Of a DNA stretch of 64,000 nucleotides, positions 25,590 to 37,436 are shown piece by piece. The stretch covers positions 120,094,001 to 120,158,000 of the forward strand of contig NC_059426.1 in NCBI RefSeq assembly GCF_021028975.2. The letters are read 5' to 3'. Position 1 is the first letter of the stretch. Each line of letters begins with the position of its first letter. The notes below the pieces were generated by a model that searched no databases, had not been told where the DNA came from, and was given only the letters and a program-made list of their open reading frames with translations. Source of the DNA: Sphaerodactylus townsendi (Eukaryota). Both the position numbers and the translations under genes were made by a program.

Positions 25590-28567
25590 TCAAGATTGGT
25601 AGCCATAAATCGACTTCTCCTCCATAAATCTGTCCAAGCCCCTTTTAAAGCTATCCAGATTAGTGGCCATGACCACCTCCTGTGGCAGCATATTCCAAAC
25701 ACCAATCACACGTTGCGTGAAGAAGTGTTTCCTTTTATTAGTCCTAATTCTTCCCCCCAGCATTTTCAATGAATGCCCCCTGGTTCTAGTATTGTGAGAA
25801 AGAGATAAAAATTTCTCTCTGTCAACATTTTCTACCCCATGCATAATTTTGTAGACTTCAATCATATCCCCCCTTAGCCGCCTCCTCTCCAAACTAAAGA
25901 GTCCCAAGCGCTGCAGCCTCTCCTCATAGGGAAGGTGCTCCAGTCCCTCAATCATCCTTGTTGCCCTTCTCTGCACTTTTTCTATCTCCTCAATATCCTT
26001 TTTGAGATGCGGCGACCAGAACTGGACACAATTACTCCAAGTGCGGTCGCACCACTGCTTTATATAAGGGCATGACAATCTTTGCAGTTTTATTCTCAAT
26101 TCCTTTTCTAATGATCCCCAGCATAGAGTTTGCCTTTTTCACAGCTGCCATGCATTGAGTTGACATTCCCATGGAACTATCAACTAAGACGCCTAAATCC
26201 CTTTCCTGGTCTGTGACTGATAGCACTGATCCCTGTAGCGTGTATGTGAAGTTTGGATTTTTTGCCCCTATGTGCATCACTTTACATTTTGCTACATTGA
26301 ACTGCATTTGCCATTTCTGAGCCCACTCACCTAATTTATCAAGGTCCGCTTGGAGCTCTTCGCAATCCTTTGTGGTTCTCACCACCCTACATAATTTGGT
26401 ATCATCTGCAAACTTGGCCACCACGCTACTTACCCCTACTTCCAGGTTATTTATGAATAGGTTAAAGAGCACTGGTCCCAAAACGGATCCTTGGGGGACA
26501 CCACTCCCGACATCTCTCCATTGTGAGAACTTCCCATTTACACCCATTCTTTGTTTCCTGTTTCTCAACCAGTTTTTAATCCATAGGAGGACTTCCCCTC
26601 TTATTCCTTCATTGCTGAGTTTTCTCAACAGTCTCTGGTGAGGAACTTTGTCAAAAGCCCTTTGGAAATCCAAGTAGACAATGTCCACCGGTTCACCCCT
26701 GTCCACATGCCTGTTTACACCCTCAAAGAACTCTAGTAAGTTTGTAAGACAGGATTTGCCTCTGCAAAAGCCATGCTGACTCTTTCTCAGCAGGTCTTGC
26801 TTTTCTACATGTTTTATAATTTTATCTTTAATGATAGATTCTACTAATTTACCAGGCACAGATGTCAAACTGACTGGCCTGTAATTTCCCGGGTCCCCCC
26901 TAGATCCTTTCTTAAAGATTGGTGTGACATTGGCCATCTCCAGTCTTCAGGGATGGAGCCTGATTTCAGGGATAAGTTGCATATTAAAGTGAGAAGATCA
27001 GCAATTTCATGCTTGAGCTCTTTAAGAACTCTTGGGTGAATGCAATCTGGGCCAGGGGATTTGGTAACATTTAGTTTATCAATGGCTGCCAGAACTTCTT
27101 CCTTGTCTACCACTATCTTCGCTAGTTCCTCGGATTCGCCTCCTAAGAAGCTTGGTTCAGGTGCAGGAATGTTCCTCACCTCCTCTTGGGTGAAGACAGA
27201 TGCAAAGAATTCATTCAGCTTCTCTGCAATCTCCCTGCCATCTTTTAGCACACCCTTTGTTCCTTTGTCATCTAACGGGCCTACTGCTTCCCTTGCTGGC
27301 TTCCTGCTTTTGATGTACTTGAAGAACTGTTTGTTGCTGGTCTTGATGTTCAAGGCCATGCGTTCCTCATAATCCTTTTTTTGCCTCCCTTACAGCTAAC
27401 TTGCTTCTCTTTTGCCACCATTTGTGTTCCCTCTCATATTCTTCATCAGCCAAACTGGACTTCCATTTTCTAAAAGACATTTTCTTTTTTCTGATAATTT
27501 CCTCAACCTCTCTTGTTAACCATGGTGGCTTTCTTTTGGACTGGGTGCTGCCTTTTCTAACCTGTGGAACACATTCCAGCTGAGCTTTTATTACTGTGTT
27601 TTTAAATAACCTCCAAGCATCCTGGACAGTTTTGACTCTCTTTGATTTTCCTTTCAGCTTCCTGAGCACTATCCCCTCATCTTTGAGAAATTTCCCTTTC
27701 TGAAGGCTGAATGTAACTACCTTAGTAGTTGCCACTTGTTCACATGCTGAGATACTGAATCTGACAGCATTGTGGTCGCTGTTCCCTATCGGCTCAACAA
27801 CACTGACTTCCTGCACCTGGACCTGGGTCCCATAGAATTAGATCTAGGATCACCTCTCCCTGGTTGGTTCCACAACCATCTGCTCCTAAGCCACAGTCAT
27901 TTAGCATATCCAGGAATGCTCTCTCCTTACTATGACCTGAACATGCATTTTTCCAGTTTATATGGGGATAGTTAAAGTCACCCATTACCACTACATTTTT
28001 GTTTTTGTTGGCCTCTCTAATTTCTTTTTCCATCTCAGAATCCTCTTGTGCACTTTGGTCAGGGGGACGATAATATATTCCTAATATTAAACTGTCCTTC
28101 ACACCTGGTATTGATATCCACAGTGATTCTGTAGGGGAACCAGCTCCCCTTGCATTGTCTATTTTATGTGATACTATGCTCTCTTTGATGTAAAGGGCAA
28201 CTCCACCCCCAATGCGCCCTGTCCTATCCTTCCTATAGAGCCTGTAGCCTGGTATAACAGCATCCCACTGCTTCTCCTCATTCCACCATGTCTCTGTAAT
28301 GCCCACTATATCAAAGTCCTCCTTCAAAACTCTGTACTCTAGCTCCCCCATTTTAGGTCGAATGCTTCTACTATTAGCATAGAGACACCTGTATACCCTG
28401 TCTCTGTCCTTAACCTGGGATTTATGTGCTTTACCCTCAAGTCTTTTGTAGACACTATCCCTTGTCACATGCACATTGCTATGATCCTCGCTTGTATGTG
28501 GTTGATTTAGAAAAACCTCTCTCTCTGTCTGCATCCCCATAGATACTGTATTCCAAACCGAAGTCAC
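25590..28567 (-). pseudogene. CR1 ORF2 (endonuclease/reverse transcriptase), split by frameshifts
   Basis: Five abutting ORF pieces carrying GITETW, GDFNYP, NSDH, KSPGPD, NYRPVSLTS, YLDFQRAFD, GVPQGSVLGP and KFADD. Confidence 0.9.
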
Positions 28568-28596
28568 CTCAGCTCCTGTCGGCTTTCCCCCAGTGA

Positions 28597-29541
28597 TCAG
28601 TTTAAAAGCTGTTCTGCCACCTTTTTAATGTTGAGCGCCAGCAGCCTGGTTCCTCTTTGGTTAAGATGAAGCCCGTCCCGTTTGTACAGGCCTACCTTGT
28701 CCCAAAAGGTTCCCCAGTTCCTGACAAATCTGAAACCCTCTGCCTTACACCACCTTCTCATCCACGCATTGAGACCCTGTATCTCCGCTTGCCTAGCTCG
28801 CCCTGCGCGTGGAACGGGTAGCATTTCTGAGAATGCCACCTTGGAGGTCCTGGACTTCAACCTGTTTCCTAGCAGCCTAAATTTAGCATCCAGAACCTCC
28901 CGGCTACATTTCCCAATGTTGTTGGTGCCAATGTGGACCACAACTGCTGACTCCACCCCAGCACTGTTTAAAAGCCTATCTAGACGAAGCGTGACATCCG
29001 CAACCTTCGCACCAGGCAGGCAAGTCACCATGCGGTCATCACGCCTCTCACAAACCCAACTCTCTACATTTCTAATGATCGAATCACCCACTACAAGGAG
29101 CCCCCCACCTCCCCAAGGGGTATCCTCAGTGCGAGAGGATAGCTGATCACCAGTTAAGGAAGGGATCCCATCTAAGGGAGCATCTTCCCCCACCTCAGAC
29201 TGGAACCCTCCATCCCCAAGGCCTTCATTCTCCATGACATCTAAAGAGATGTCACCTTGGGAGTGGGACCCGGATGTTAGGTCCCTGAAAGCCTCGTCTG
29301 TCACCCTCTCTGCCTCTTTCAGCTTCTCCAGGTCTGCCACCTTGGCTTCAAGAGAACGTACACGTTCCTTGAGTGCCAGGAGCTCATTGCAGTGAGGGCA
29401 CACCCATGACTTCTGTCCTTGTGGCAGATAGTCATACATGTGACACTCAGTGCAAAACACTGGAAAGCCCCCATCCCCCTGCTGGCTTTCTGCCTTCATA
29501 TCTGATTTGTTTAGATATTTAAATATTAAGCTTTTAGTCAC
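28597..29541 (-). CDS. CR1 ORF1p: zinc-finger-like, coiled coil and SGNH/GDSL esterase domains, uninterrupted
   Basis: CTEC..CPHC; heptad repeat LKERVRSLEAKVADLEKL; GDSII, PGA, HIGTNN and DGLHL blocks. Likely start MKAESQ at about 29499. Confidence 0.88.
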   Translation of the reverse strand: MTKSLIFKYLNKSDMKAESQQGDGGFPVFCTECHMYDYLPQGQKSWVCPHCNELLALKERVRSLEAKVADLEKLKEAERVTDEAFRDLTSGSHSQGDISLDVMENEGLGDGGFQSEVGEDAPLDGIPSLTGDQLSSRTEDTPWGGGGLLVVGDSIIRNVESWVCERRDDRMVTCLPGAKVADVTLRLDRLLNSAGVESAVVVHIGTNNIGKCSREVLDAKFRLLGNRLKSRTSKVAFSEMLPVPRAGRARQAEIQGLNAWMRRWCKAEGFRFVRNWGTFWDKVGLYKRDGLHLNQRGTRLLALNIKKVAEQLLN

Positions 29542-30273
29542 TGCCCCCCTGGAGCTATCTGCACGTACTATCTGTCAAATATGTCCTTATTAATTTAAAA
29601 AACAAAAAAATTAAATTAAAATTGTGGGCGCCGTTAGATTCAGCAGCCTTACAAGGAGAAAAAGAGATAACCCCTGTTAAAATACACTGTTTTAAAAGCT
29701 GTGGCTTTGAGAAAAGCCCTCCAAAATGAACACCAGCAGGTCACTCTGCTCTTCCTGGCCAAGTCTCTTCTGCTGCTACTCAGTGCAAGGGAGTGAAGGG
29801 ATTTTGCCTTCCCTCCCATGTGCCAAAACATTGCGGGGGGGGGGGGGGGGGGGGAGATTTGCTCAAGTTCAGAGCTACATGTACAGTACTGTATGCCTGT
29901 ATTACTCCAAAATGGGCATATAACTCCACTCAGGGCCATTTTGGATCAAGAAATTGCATGGGGGAAAGGCATGATGATTTTCCCTACAGCTGCTGTACTG
30001 CTGTGGATGAACTTTGCGCTTCCAGGTTTCATTCTTCTGCTTTTCCTACCCTAGCATTCCTATGTTCAATTCTTCTGCCCCATTTTGGGATACCTGTTCT
30101 AGCTTTGTATAGGTGGACTTAAACATGGACAGAAAAAATGCTACATGCAGGTGATAGGAATCTTAACACAGGAATAGATTCCAGGTGAATGTATACTTAA
30201 ATGCAGAGGAAGAATGTAAGGGTCCTTGAACTTCATGTCTTAAGAATATATTGCTTACCTCTTCATTTTCTAG

Positions 30274-30356
30274 ATATGAGACCCCTGTATGTGAAAGTGA
30301 TGCCAGATCAAAGAGTTCAGAAATTGATGACCCATTCAAGGATAGAGAACTTCCAG
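30274..30356 (+). CDS. SMOC1: SMOC1 coding exon (approx. exon 9)
   Basis: Acceptor cttcattttctag|, donor |gtcaga; 83 nt. Translates (R)YETPVCESDARSKSSEIDDPFKDRELP(G); phase fits both neighbours. Confidence 0.96.
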
Positions 30357-31324
30357 GTCAGAATGAAGAAGAATCCTATTCTTCTTACTGGGACAATCTG
30401 TCTTGCTTCTCCCAAGATCGAAAGCTAAGATTAATAGGGGTGGGATGATGGTTGGGAGGTCACTAGGGACAATTAACCTGTGGATTTCAGGGTTTGTGCT
30501 CTAGCTTGGTTTAATATCTGTGCTCATGTTTGTGTTCTTATCACTATATTCCTCAACAATCCCAGAAAATATCTGTGAAGAGATCACTTTCCCCATCTCA
30601 ATTTAAGTCTAAAATCAATAAACAATTTATCTGGACAGTGGAAAGCATTGTTTTATTGTTGACTGATTTGTCACCTGGCTCCCCTTGTTTCCACTATACC
30701 TTCCATTCATTCAAGAAATCTTGTATATACTCTTGTACTATGGAAAAATGTGGAAGATACAAATATGGCTGATAAATTATTCAAATATTCAATCCAGCCA
30801 TGACTACTAGTTTCTAATGCTAGCTTACCCATTACTTATGTCCAATTGAAGGTAATCTAATATGTCCACTGAAAATGATCTGGTAATTACATGAAGTATC
30901 AGATATAAGAAAAGTCTCATCTTCCAGTATCTTTAGCATAGAAATAGCAGAGCTCAAACCACCATCACAGTCCATCTTACTTCATTGTAGACCTGGAATC
31001 CTATCCACTGGATCAGAAGGCTCCTTATCAGATTGAGTCAGTGATAATAAGCTATTATCTAAACACTGAACAGCTGCCAGCTGAGAAGTAAAAAAAATTA
31101 TCCTTCTTATTTTGCTTACAAGTAAACTTGATATGACCCTAAAAGGCTTGCTCTTTTTTGGCCCATTGAATTAGAAAGTGCTTGAAAATGAAATAGCTGA
31201 CTATTTCCTGTTTCCCTCCTCTTGTCATCCCTCATATTTTCACATTTCCCTGCTTCTTCTTCTCCTTCCCACCCACCCACCAACCTACTTTTTATCTGCC
31301 CCTATCTTTGGCTATATTGAGATT

Positions 31325-31508
31325 TATTTACTTCATTTATATCCCACCTTTTTCCAAAATGGTGACCCAAAGCAGCTTACATAATTTTCCTCTCCTGAGA
31401 ACATATGACTGGGCTAAAGTCACTTAGTAAAATTCAATTGAAGAGGGTAGATTGGAATCTGGATCACCCATATCCTAGTCTGAAACTATAACTACTACAC
31501 CATACTGT
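31325..31508 (-). mobile_element. Old degraded SINE
   Basis: tttatatcccacc..cccaaagcagcttac at one end and a tRNA-like head (ctactacaccatactg) at the other. Confidence 0.45.
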
Positions 31509-32039
31509 CTTTCTGGGGAGTTGCTGTTGATGAATATAAAGCCAGTTCTGGGAGGGCCATTCTATTCGGGTGGTTGTTGGCAAGCCTGAGTCCTCCTTCA
31601 AGGGGTCCTCCCTCCCTTTTACTGACAGAAACCAAGGCTTGAAAGCTGGTAATATTATTGTGGTTCCTAACAATGTCCACTGAGGGCATTTGTTTCTTAA
31701 AGCCATAGGTGCTGCTTCTATAATTTTGGACAGTTTTAATACCCACCCCCTATATTTTTTTAATAGTTCAGATTTTTCTGCAAACCTTATCTAAGGTTTG
31801 TAAAAAGTTGTGTCTTTTCATATCTCCAGTTTCCGCATTTAAGTATCCACAAATTTGACAATGTTGAAAATTAAATACATTTATGATACACTACCTGCAA
31901 ATGTGCAGTTAAAAACAGCCATTCAAACTGACAACCAAAGTGTGTTCACTCACACTATCGTGCAGATTTGACCTTAGAGAAAGCAGGTGTCTATTTTTTT
32001 TGTCATGTTTCCAAACTAACCTTTTGTTCCTTTTTGTAG

Positions 32040-32145
32040 GCTGTCCAGAAGGGAAGAAAGTAGAATTTATTACCAGTTTACTGGATGCTCTGACCACAGA
32101 CATGGTACAGGCCATTAACTCAGCAGCACCTGCTGGAGGTGGGAG
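32040..32145 (+). CDS. SMOC1: SMOC1 coding exon, start of EC domain (approx. exon 10)
   Basis: Branch-like ctaac, acceptor ttcctttttgtag|, donor |gtgagt; 106 nt. Translates GCPEGKKVEFITSLLDALTTDMVQAINSAAPAGGG(R). Confidence 0.97.
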
Positions 32146-33272
32146 GTGAGTCTGAAAGATGTTCAAGCCAAACTGAAATGAGACCAAGTTGTGTTAGATC
32201 TTGTTTTCTGAACTGTAGACCTTTCTCATTCTGTAGACCTTTCTCTTTCTCAAACTGTAGGTTTTTTTGCTCCAGACTCTACCATAACAAACTCCAAGGA
32301 CCTGGAAAGAATAACCCTCTATTCGTAAAATGAGAAATTAACTTATTACCTTAATCATTGCCCTTCAAAGGCCTGATAGAAATGTCTGGTACTTGAGGAC
32401 TAATAATTAAGCTGCTGATTTCTGTTTTTCATCTTTAGTCTTCTGTGCAGTTCCACAATAAGACTGCGTATGAACTAACCTGTAACAGAAAAATCTTCTA
32501 GCTTAGAAGTCCATAAGGGGCACCTAAGAATCCATTAGAACCGTTGCATTTACCTTTAATTGCTGTTCATCAAGTGTCTTCTGTGCAGGCACACATTCCC
32601 TCCCACCTGCCCCACTGTGAACTAAGTATATTTTTTGCTTATGATGGTTCAGGTGGAATTGAGGAAAAGGGGACACATTTCTACTGGATCATGTTTAGGT
32701 GGGTCACAACTGCTTTGTTTAGGTGGGTCACAACTGCTTTGGCAGAGGCTCAGGGCTCCTAGGCTTGAAGAAGATCTTTATGTGGCAATTCTGCTCATGC
32801 ACAGTCGCAATGAGTGCCTAAACAGAAGGTAATCAATGACTAGCAGTTTCAGGCAAGTTTAATCCTCTTCTCTGTCTCTAATTATTCTGAAAACAGCAGC
32901 AGAGATACCCTTATTTCATGAGGGAGGATTCTTTTCTCTATTCCTAGATTGGTTGGAATCCATGGGCAAGTTGTATGAATTTCATGTCACTTAATAGTTG
33001 AGGTTTTCTTGCCCAAGCTCTCTCTGATGCACTCTGGCCTAGTTCCCACAATTATGTACATAACATGATTTATTGTCATTTGGTGATGACTCATAACTGA
33101 ATGTCTGAAGTGACTCCACTAAGGAAATATGAAACTATATCTGTGCTGTTTTGATCTGTGATAATTTTATTCACACAGGCGAGACACCTCGGAAGCTATT
33201 GTTGTTGAGGGTTGCATGTGTCTGTGTGAACTATCTATAACAATGCAAACCTAAGTAGAGTTATACTCTTCT

Positions 33273-33621
33273 TTTTTTTACAAAAAGTTTTATTATTACA
33301 TTATTGCAGTAAACATTACATATTAGACATTCTAATAATAAACATTCAAACACAAACAAATCACATATCACATATCACATTGCACATTATACATTACACC
33401 CTACTAATTCGACAATGAATCACAGTGGACATTCAAAATTACCCCCTCTTAAAATATACCCTATCCCCCTTATCATCTATACCAGGGGTAGGGAACCTGC
33501 GGCTCTCCAATTGGCCATGCTGGTAGGGGCTGATGGGAATTGTAGTTCCTGAACATCTGGAGAGCCGCAGGTTCCCTACCACTGATCTATACCTTCTCTC
33601 CACCCTTACCAATTCTAAAGC
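33273..33621 (-). mobile_element. Short L1-type 3' end insertion containing a nested hAT MITE
   Basis: Poly-T and ttttatt at the left; flanked by the 11-bp TSD TATACTCTTCT (33262-33272, 33622-33632). Confidence 0.7.
33483..33584. mobile_element. hAT MITE, internally deleted copy
   Basis: CAGGGGTAGGGAACC..GGTTCCCTACCACTG with 8-bp TSD ATCTATAC; same family as 58815-58962. Confidence 0.9.
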
Positions 33622-34384
33622 TATACTCTTCTAAGCCCATTGGATGTAACTTTGTTTAGGATTGTACTGTGATGGTGAAATCCTATAAATACTCTCCTGC
33701 CAATAAGTGTCATTGAATAGACCTGGATTCTGAGTAGACCTTGCATGGGGAATGGGTAGATGTTGGGTGGGAATGGATAACACAGTCATCAGTTTCCCAT
33801 GAGAAATATTTCTGAGCATGATATCCCAATTATATTTAGTTCAGTTCCCCAATGCCCCAGCTGTAAACACAGTGCCTGGAAATCAGTTCCATTGAATACA
33901 GTAAGAGCTACTTGCAAGTTATATGCTTAGAATCAGGTATCACCTACGCTATCACCAAGGGAATATGAGTATCTTCATTCATAAGGGGGGGAGGGTTATG
34001 AATTAATACTCAATTTTTTCATTTCTCCCTCTTTAATAACAAATTCCTAATGTGATTATTGGCAATTTCCTTGTTACGAATGCTTCTGCAAAAACTTCTG
34101 GAGAATGTCTAATGACATTCCCAGGCTTCTGCTGGAAACTGACTGCTTCTGTGGGGGCTGTGGATTGGATCCTATCGAAAAGGTCCATACAATTTGGGAG
34201 GAGTAATTTCATCCATATTCCCCCTTCCTACAACCATCCTCTGATTCCCAGCTCATGCTGCTTTGCCCCAGAAGTCGCATTTCAGGGGACACTTCAGGCA
34301 GAAGCGTGAAGGAGGGAAGCTGCATTTCTGGTTTTTTTCTAGATTTTGAAAAAAATGTATTATGCCATTACACAACAAATACAC

Positions 34385-34488
34385 AGTATTTGCCTTTTTG
34401 AATTATTCCTATTTTTTATATTTTGTTAATATATAACCATATATTAGCAAAATATAAAAAATAGGAATAATTCAAAAAGGCAAATACT
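34385..34488. repeat. AT-rich inverted repeat, 50-bp arms, 4-nt spacer
   Basis: Arms 34385-34434 and 34439-34488 are complementary at 49/50 positions; loop AACC. Confidence 0.92.
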
Positions 34489-35019
34489 AAGCAAAACTAA
34501 TTGATGAAAGAAAATATAATATAAAATGTTAATATGCTTTGTTTTGCAATTTTAACATTATGTTTTTGCATCTTTTTCACCTATATGTGCATTATTTACA
34601 AATTCACATTTTCATAAGTTCCTAGTACTAGAATAAATATGAAGAGTTATTGGTTGACAAATGGATGTAAATCCCTAACAGAACTATAGTATGGTAGCAC
34701 AACAACATGGTCACATGAAAGCAATCATTCACATTTTTGTAGTGAAAGTGCTTGTTCACTATAGCTATTTTGTCTTTTATACCAGAGTTCATGGAGCAGG
34801 GGACAAGAACTGGGCGATATTATAAAGTGGTAATATCAATAAATAATTATCAGTTTACTAGAGATGTTTACTAGAAATGTATCAGTTTAGTAGGTCAGTT
34901 TACTATCTAGAGTCTAGCTTTAAGTTTGCTAAATGCAAGTTTTGCTGCATATGAATGATACAAACCTCACATGTGCCGCAGTGCTTAGACTAGAGTATCC
35001 AATACTCTACTTCCATCCA

Positions 35020-36420
35020 TCTGTATATATAAAATATACAGTCATTTAAAATATACAGTCATTTAAAACACAAGATGACAATAAATCTGAGCCTGTGCAG
35101 AAAAAACTGCCCAGCTCAAACATAACTTTTAATCAGAGCTGACCGAGTACAGGCTAAACCAAGGGGGATAACGTGGAAGACAATGCGTCTGATAAAAGGG
35201 CCAGCAGATGACATCAGGGAGTGGCATCAACCAAAAGCCTGGCAGGACATCTCTATCTTGCAGGCCCAGCGGAATTGCTTAAGATCCTGCAGGGCTCTGA
35301 TGTCAGCTGACAGAGAGTTCCACTAGGTAGGAATCAGATCAAAAAAATCCATGGCTCTGATCAAGGCCAACTGCACATCCCTGGGGCCAGGGACCATCAA
35401 AAGGTTTTTATCGGAGGACCTCAGCATCCTCTGTGGGCAATATGGGGTTATGCCATTCTGCAGATACTATAGTCACCAACCAGTCAGGGCCCTAAAGGTT
35501 ATAACCAAACCTTGAACCTGATTTAGAATTCCACTGGCAATCAGTGCAGCTGCCAAAGCACAAGTGTTATATGCTCTCTCGATGATGTACTGGAGAGGAA
35601 TCTAGCAGCTGTGTTCTGGCCCAGTATCATTTTTCAAGTCAGTCTCAAGGGCAGGCCTCCATGCAGCAAGTTGCAATAGTCTAGCCTGGAGGTGTCTGTC
35701 GCTTGGATCATTGTGGCTAAATCAGGGCGGGATAAGCAGGGGGGCAGTTACCTAACCTGCTGAAGATGGTAAAAGGTGATCCTCACCATGTTAGTGACTT
35801 GGGTCTCCATAGGGAGGGAAGACTCCAAAGTCACACCCAGGCAATGCAGCTAGATGTAATGCTTCATCAACAAATCTCAGCAGCTGAAACCCCTCCACGA
35901 GATCGCCCTGACCCAGTCAGAGGTCCTCAGTCTTCGATGGATTAAGTCTCAATCTGCTCTTTTCCAACCAACCAGCCACGGCCTCCAGACACTATTCCAA
36001 GGCATCTGGGGCAGCAGCCAACTGACTCTCTATCAACAGAACAAGCTGACATAAGCATATTGGCGACATCTTAGCCCAAAACTGTGCCAGGGCTGCATGT
36101 ACATGATAAACAAAATTAGAGCAAGGATAGCCCCTTGCAGCACCCCACAAACAAGTTGATGCCTCCAGGGTGTTCCCCCACACATGTCCTCTGATGTATC
36201 CAGTCCTGGAGAAACAAGACCAACCATTTCAAGGCTGTACCCCGGATCCCAGCATTAGTGAGGCAGTGGGCCAAAAGGTTGTAGTGGACTGTGTCAAATG
36301 CTGAGGTGAGATCTAATAACACGAGCAGAGCTGACCCACCCTTGTCTAGCTGCATTCGAAGCTCATCTGTCTCTGTCCCATGGCCATGACAAAAGCCAGA
36401 ATGAAAGGGATCCAAAATCC
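35020..36420 (-). mobile_element. L2-like LINE remnant (RT and 3' end)
   Basis: Encodes LDKGGSALLVLLDLTSAFDTV..LL..L...GIRGTALKW, GVLQG and YA motifs; degraded. Confidence 0.8.
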
Positions 36421-36974
36421 AAAAACTTCTGTGGAGAGGCAGCATAATTTTTTTTCTAAATAACTAAGTAATAATGCCAGACTTGTCTTTTAAAATGTAA
36501 GTCTGGTCCAATCATAAGGTGGGTGAAGAATCCAATTTTAAACAGGTGCTGAGCCTTGCCAATGCCTAATAGTTTTCTCTCTTCTGCAGCTCTTGGACAC
36601 TTTCCTTCTAGTTGGGCTCACTTCCATTATTGGGACCTGGCTGAAAGAAAAGTGATGTTGGGGTCAACTTCAAGCAAGGATGGACTAGCAATTATGAGTA
36701 CCTGAAGGCCTTAGAAGTGCTGAGCCTAAGCCATTCAACCCCTGTGCAGAGCAAGGAAGTTAGCTCTTGGCCTGCCCAAGCTCCATCTGATGGAGGAGGG
36801 GCTCCCAGGCTGCCTGAGCTTCTCGTAGCCTTCGGGAGTAGACACTGGCTGGTTGATAGGCAAATGGCCTATCCCATTTTTTCCCCTGCCTTTTGTTTGC
36901 AGGGACGGGAAGTGGAGACAATGCAGGCAAACTGCCTTCCCTCTGCCCTTGGGAGTGTTGGGATCAGGGTGTGG

Positions 36975-37436
36975 TGTAGTCTTGCCCACAAGGCCCCAAG
37001 GAAGAGACGAGACGTGGAGATTCCATCTGGTGGAGAGCGCCAGCGGCAGGAAGCGTGAGATTCCGTGATCCTGGCAACTCTGCCGTGTGCTAGGCTCTGC
37101 CTCCTTTTATTAGGGTTTACAAGAGGGGGGGCAATGAGGGCGGACCAGGAGGCAGGAGAGCGGGAGAGCGGGAGATCATCATGTGATGCATGATCTCATC
37201 GGACTGCTACGTGCAGGAGGAAGCATCGGCGTCTGGGTCTAATCCTCACCTGAGGGCAAGAGCCCTTTTGTCCCTTCGTCTGGGACACCTGGTGACCGTG
37301 AGTCAGGCATTCATGACCGGTGACTCACGGGGGAACGGGGGTTGGGGGAGCGTGTGCGCCCAGAAGGCCGTAGCCGGCACCGGCATGCCAGGCGCTCCTT
37401 CTACGGTTCTGCTGGGTTCGCGGGCTCACCCCTACA
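36975..37436 (-). mobile_element. Solo LTR of an endogenous retrovirus or LTR retrotransposon
   Basis: TGTAG...CTACA termini; perfect 6-bp TSD GTGTGG (36969-36974, 37437-37442); 462 bp; CpG-rich; one AATAAAA on the minus strand near 37105. Confidence 0.82.

Larger units (their letters stand above)
25393..29560 (-). mobile_element. Near full-length CR1 LINE
   Basis: (TTCTTATG)n 3' tail, seen as cataagaa x3 at 25393; ORF2 with APE endonuclease and RT; upstream ORF1. 5' boundary approximate. Confidence 0.95.

Noticed and set aside
29835-29854. Poly-G run as a functional G-quadruplex near an exon
   Set aside because: Homopolymer length is unreliable and nothing else supports a function.
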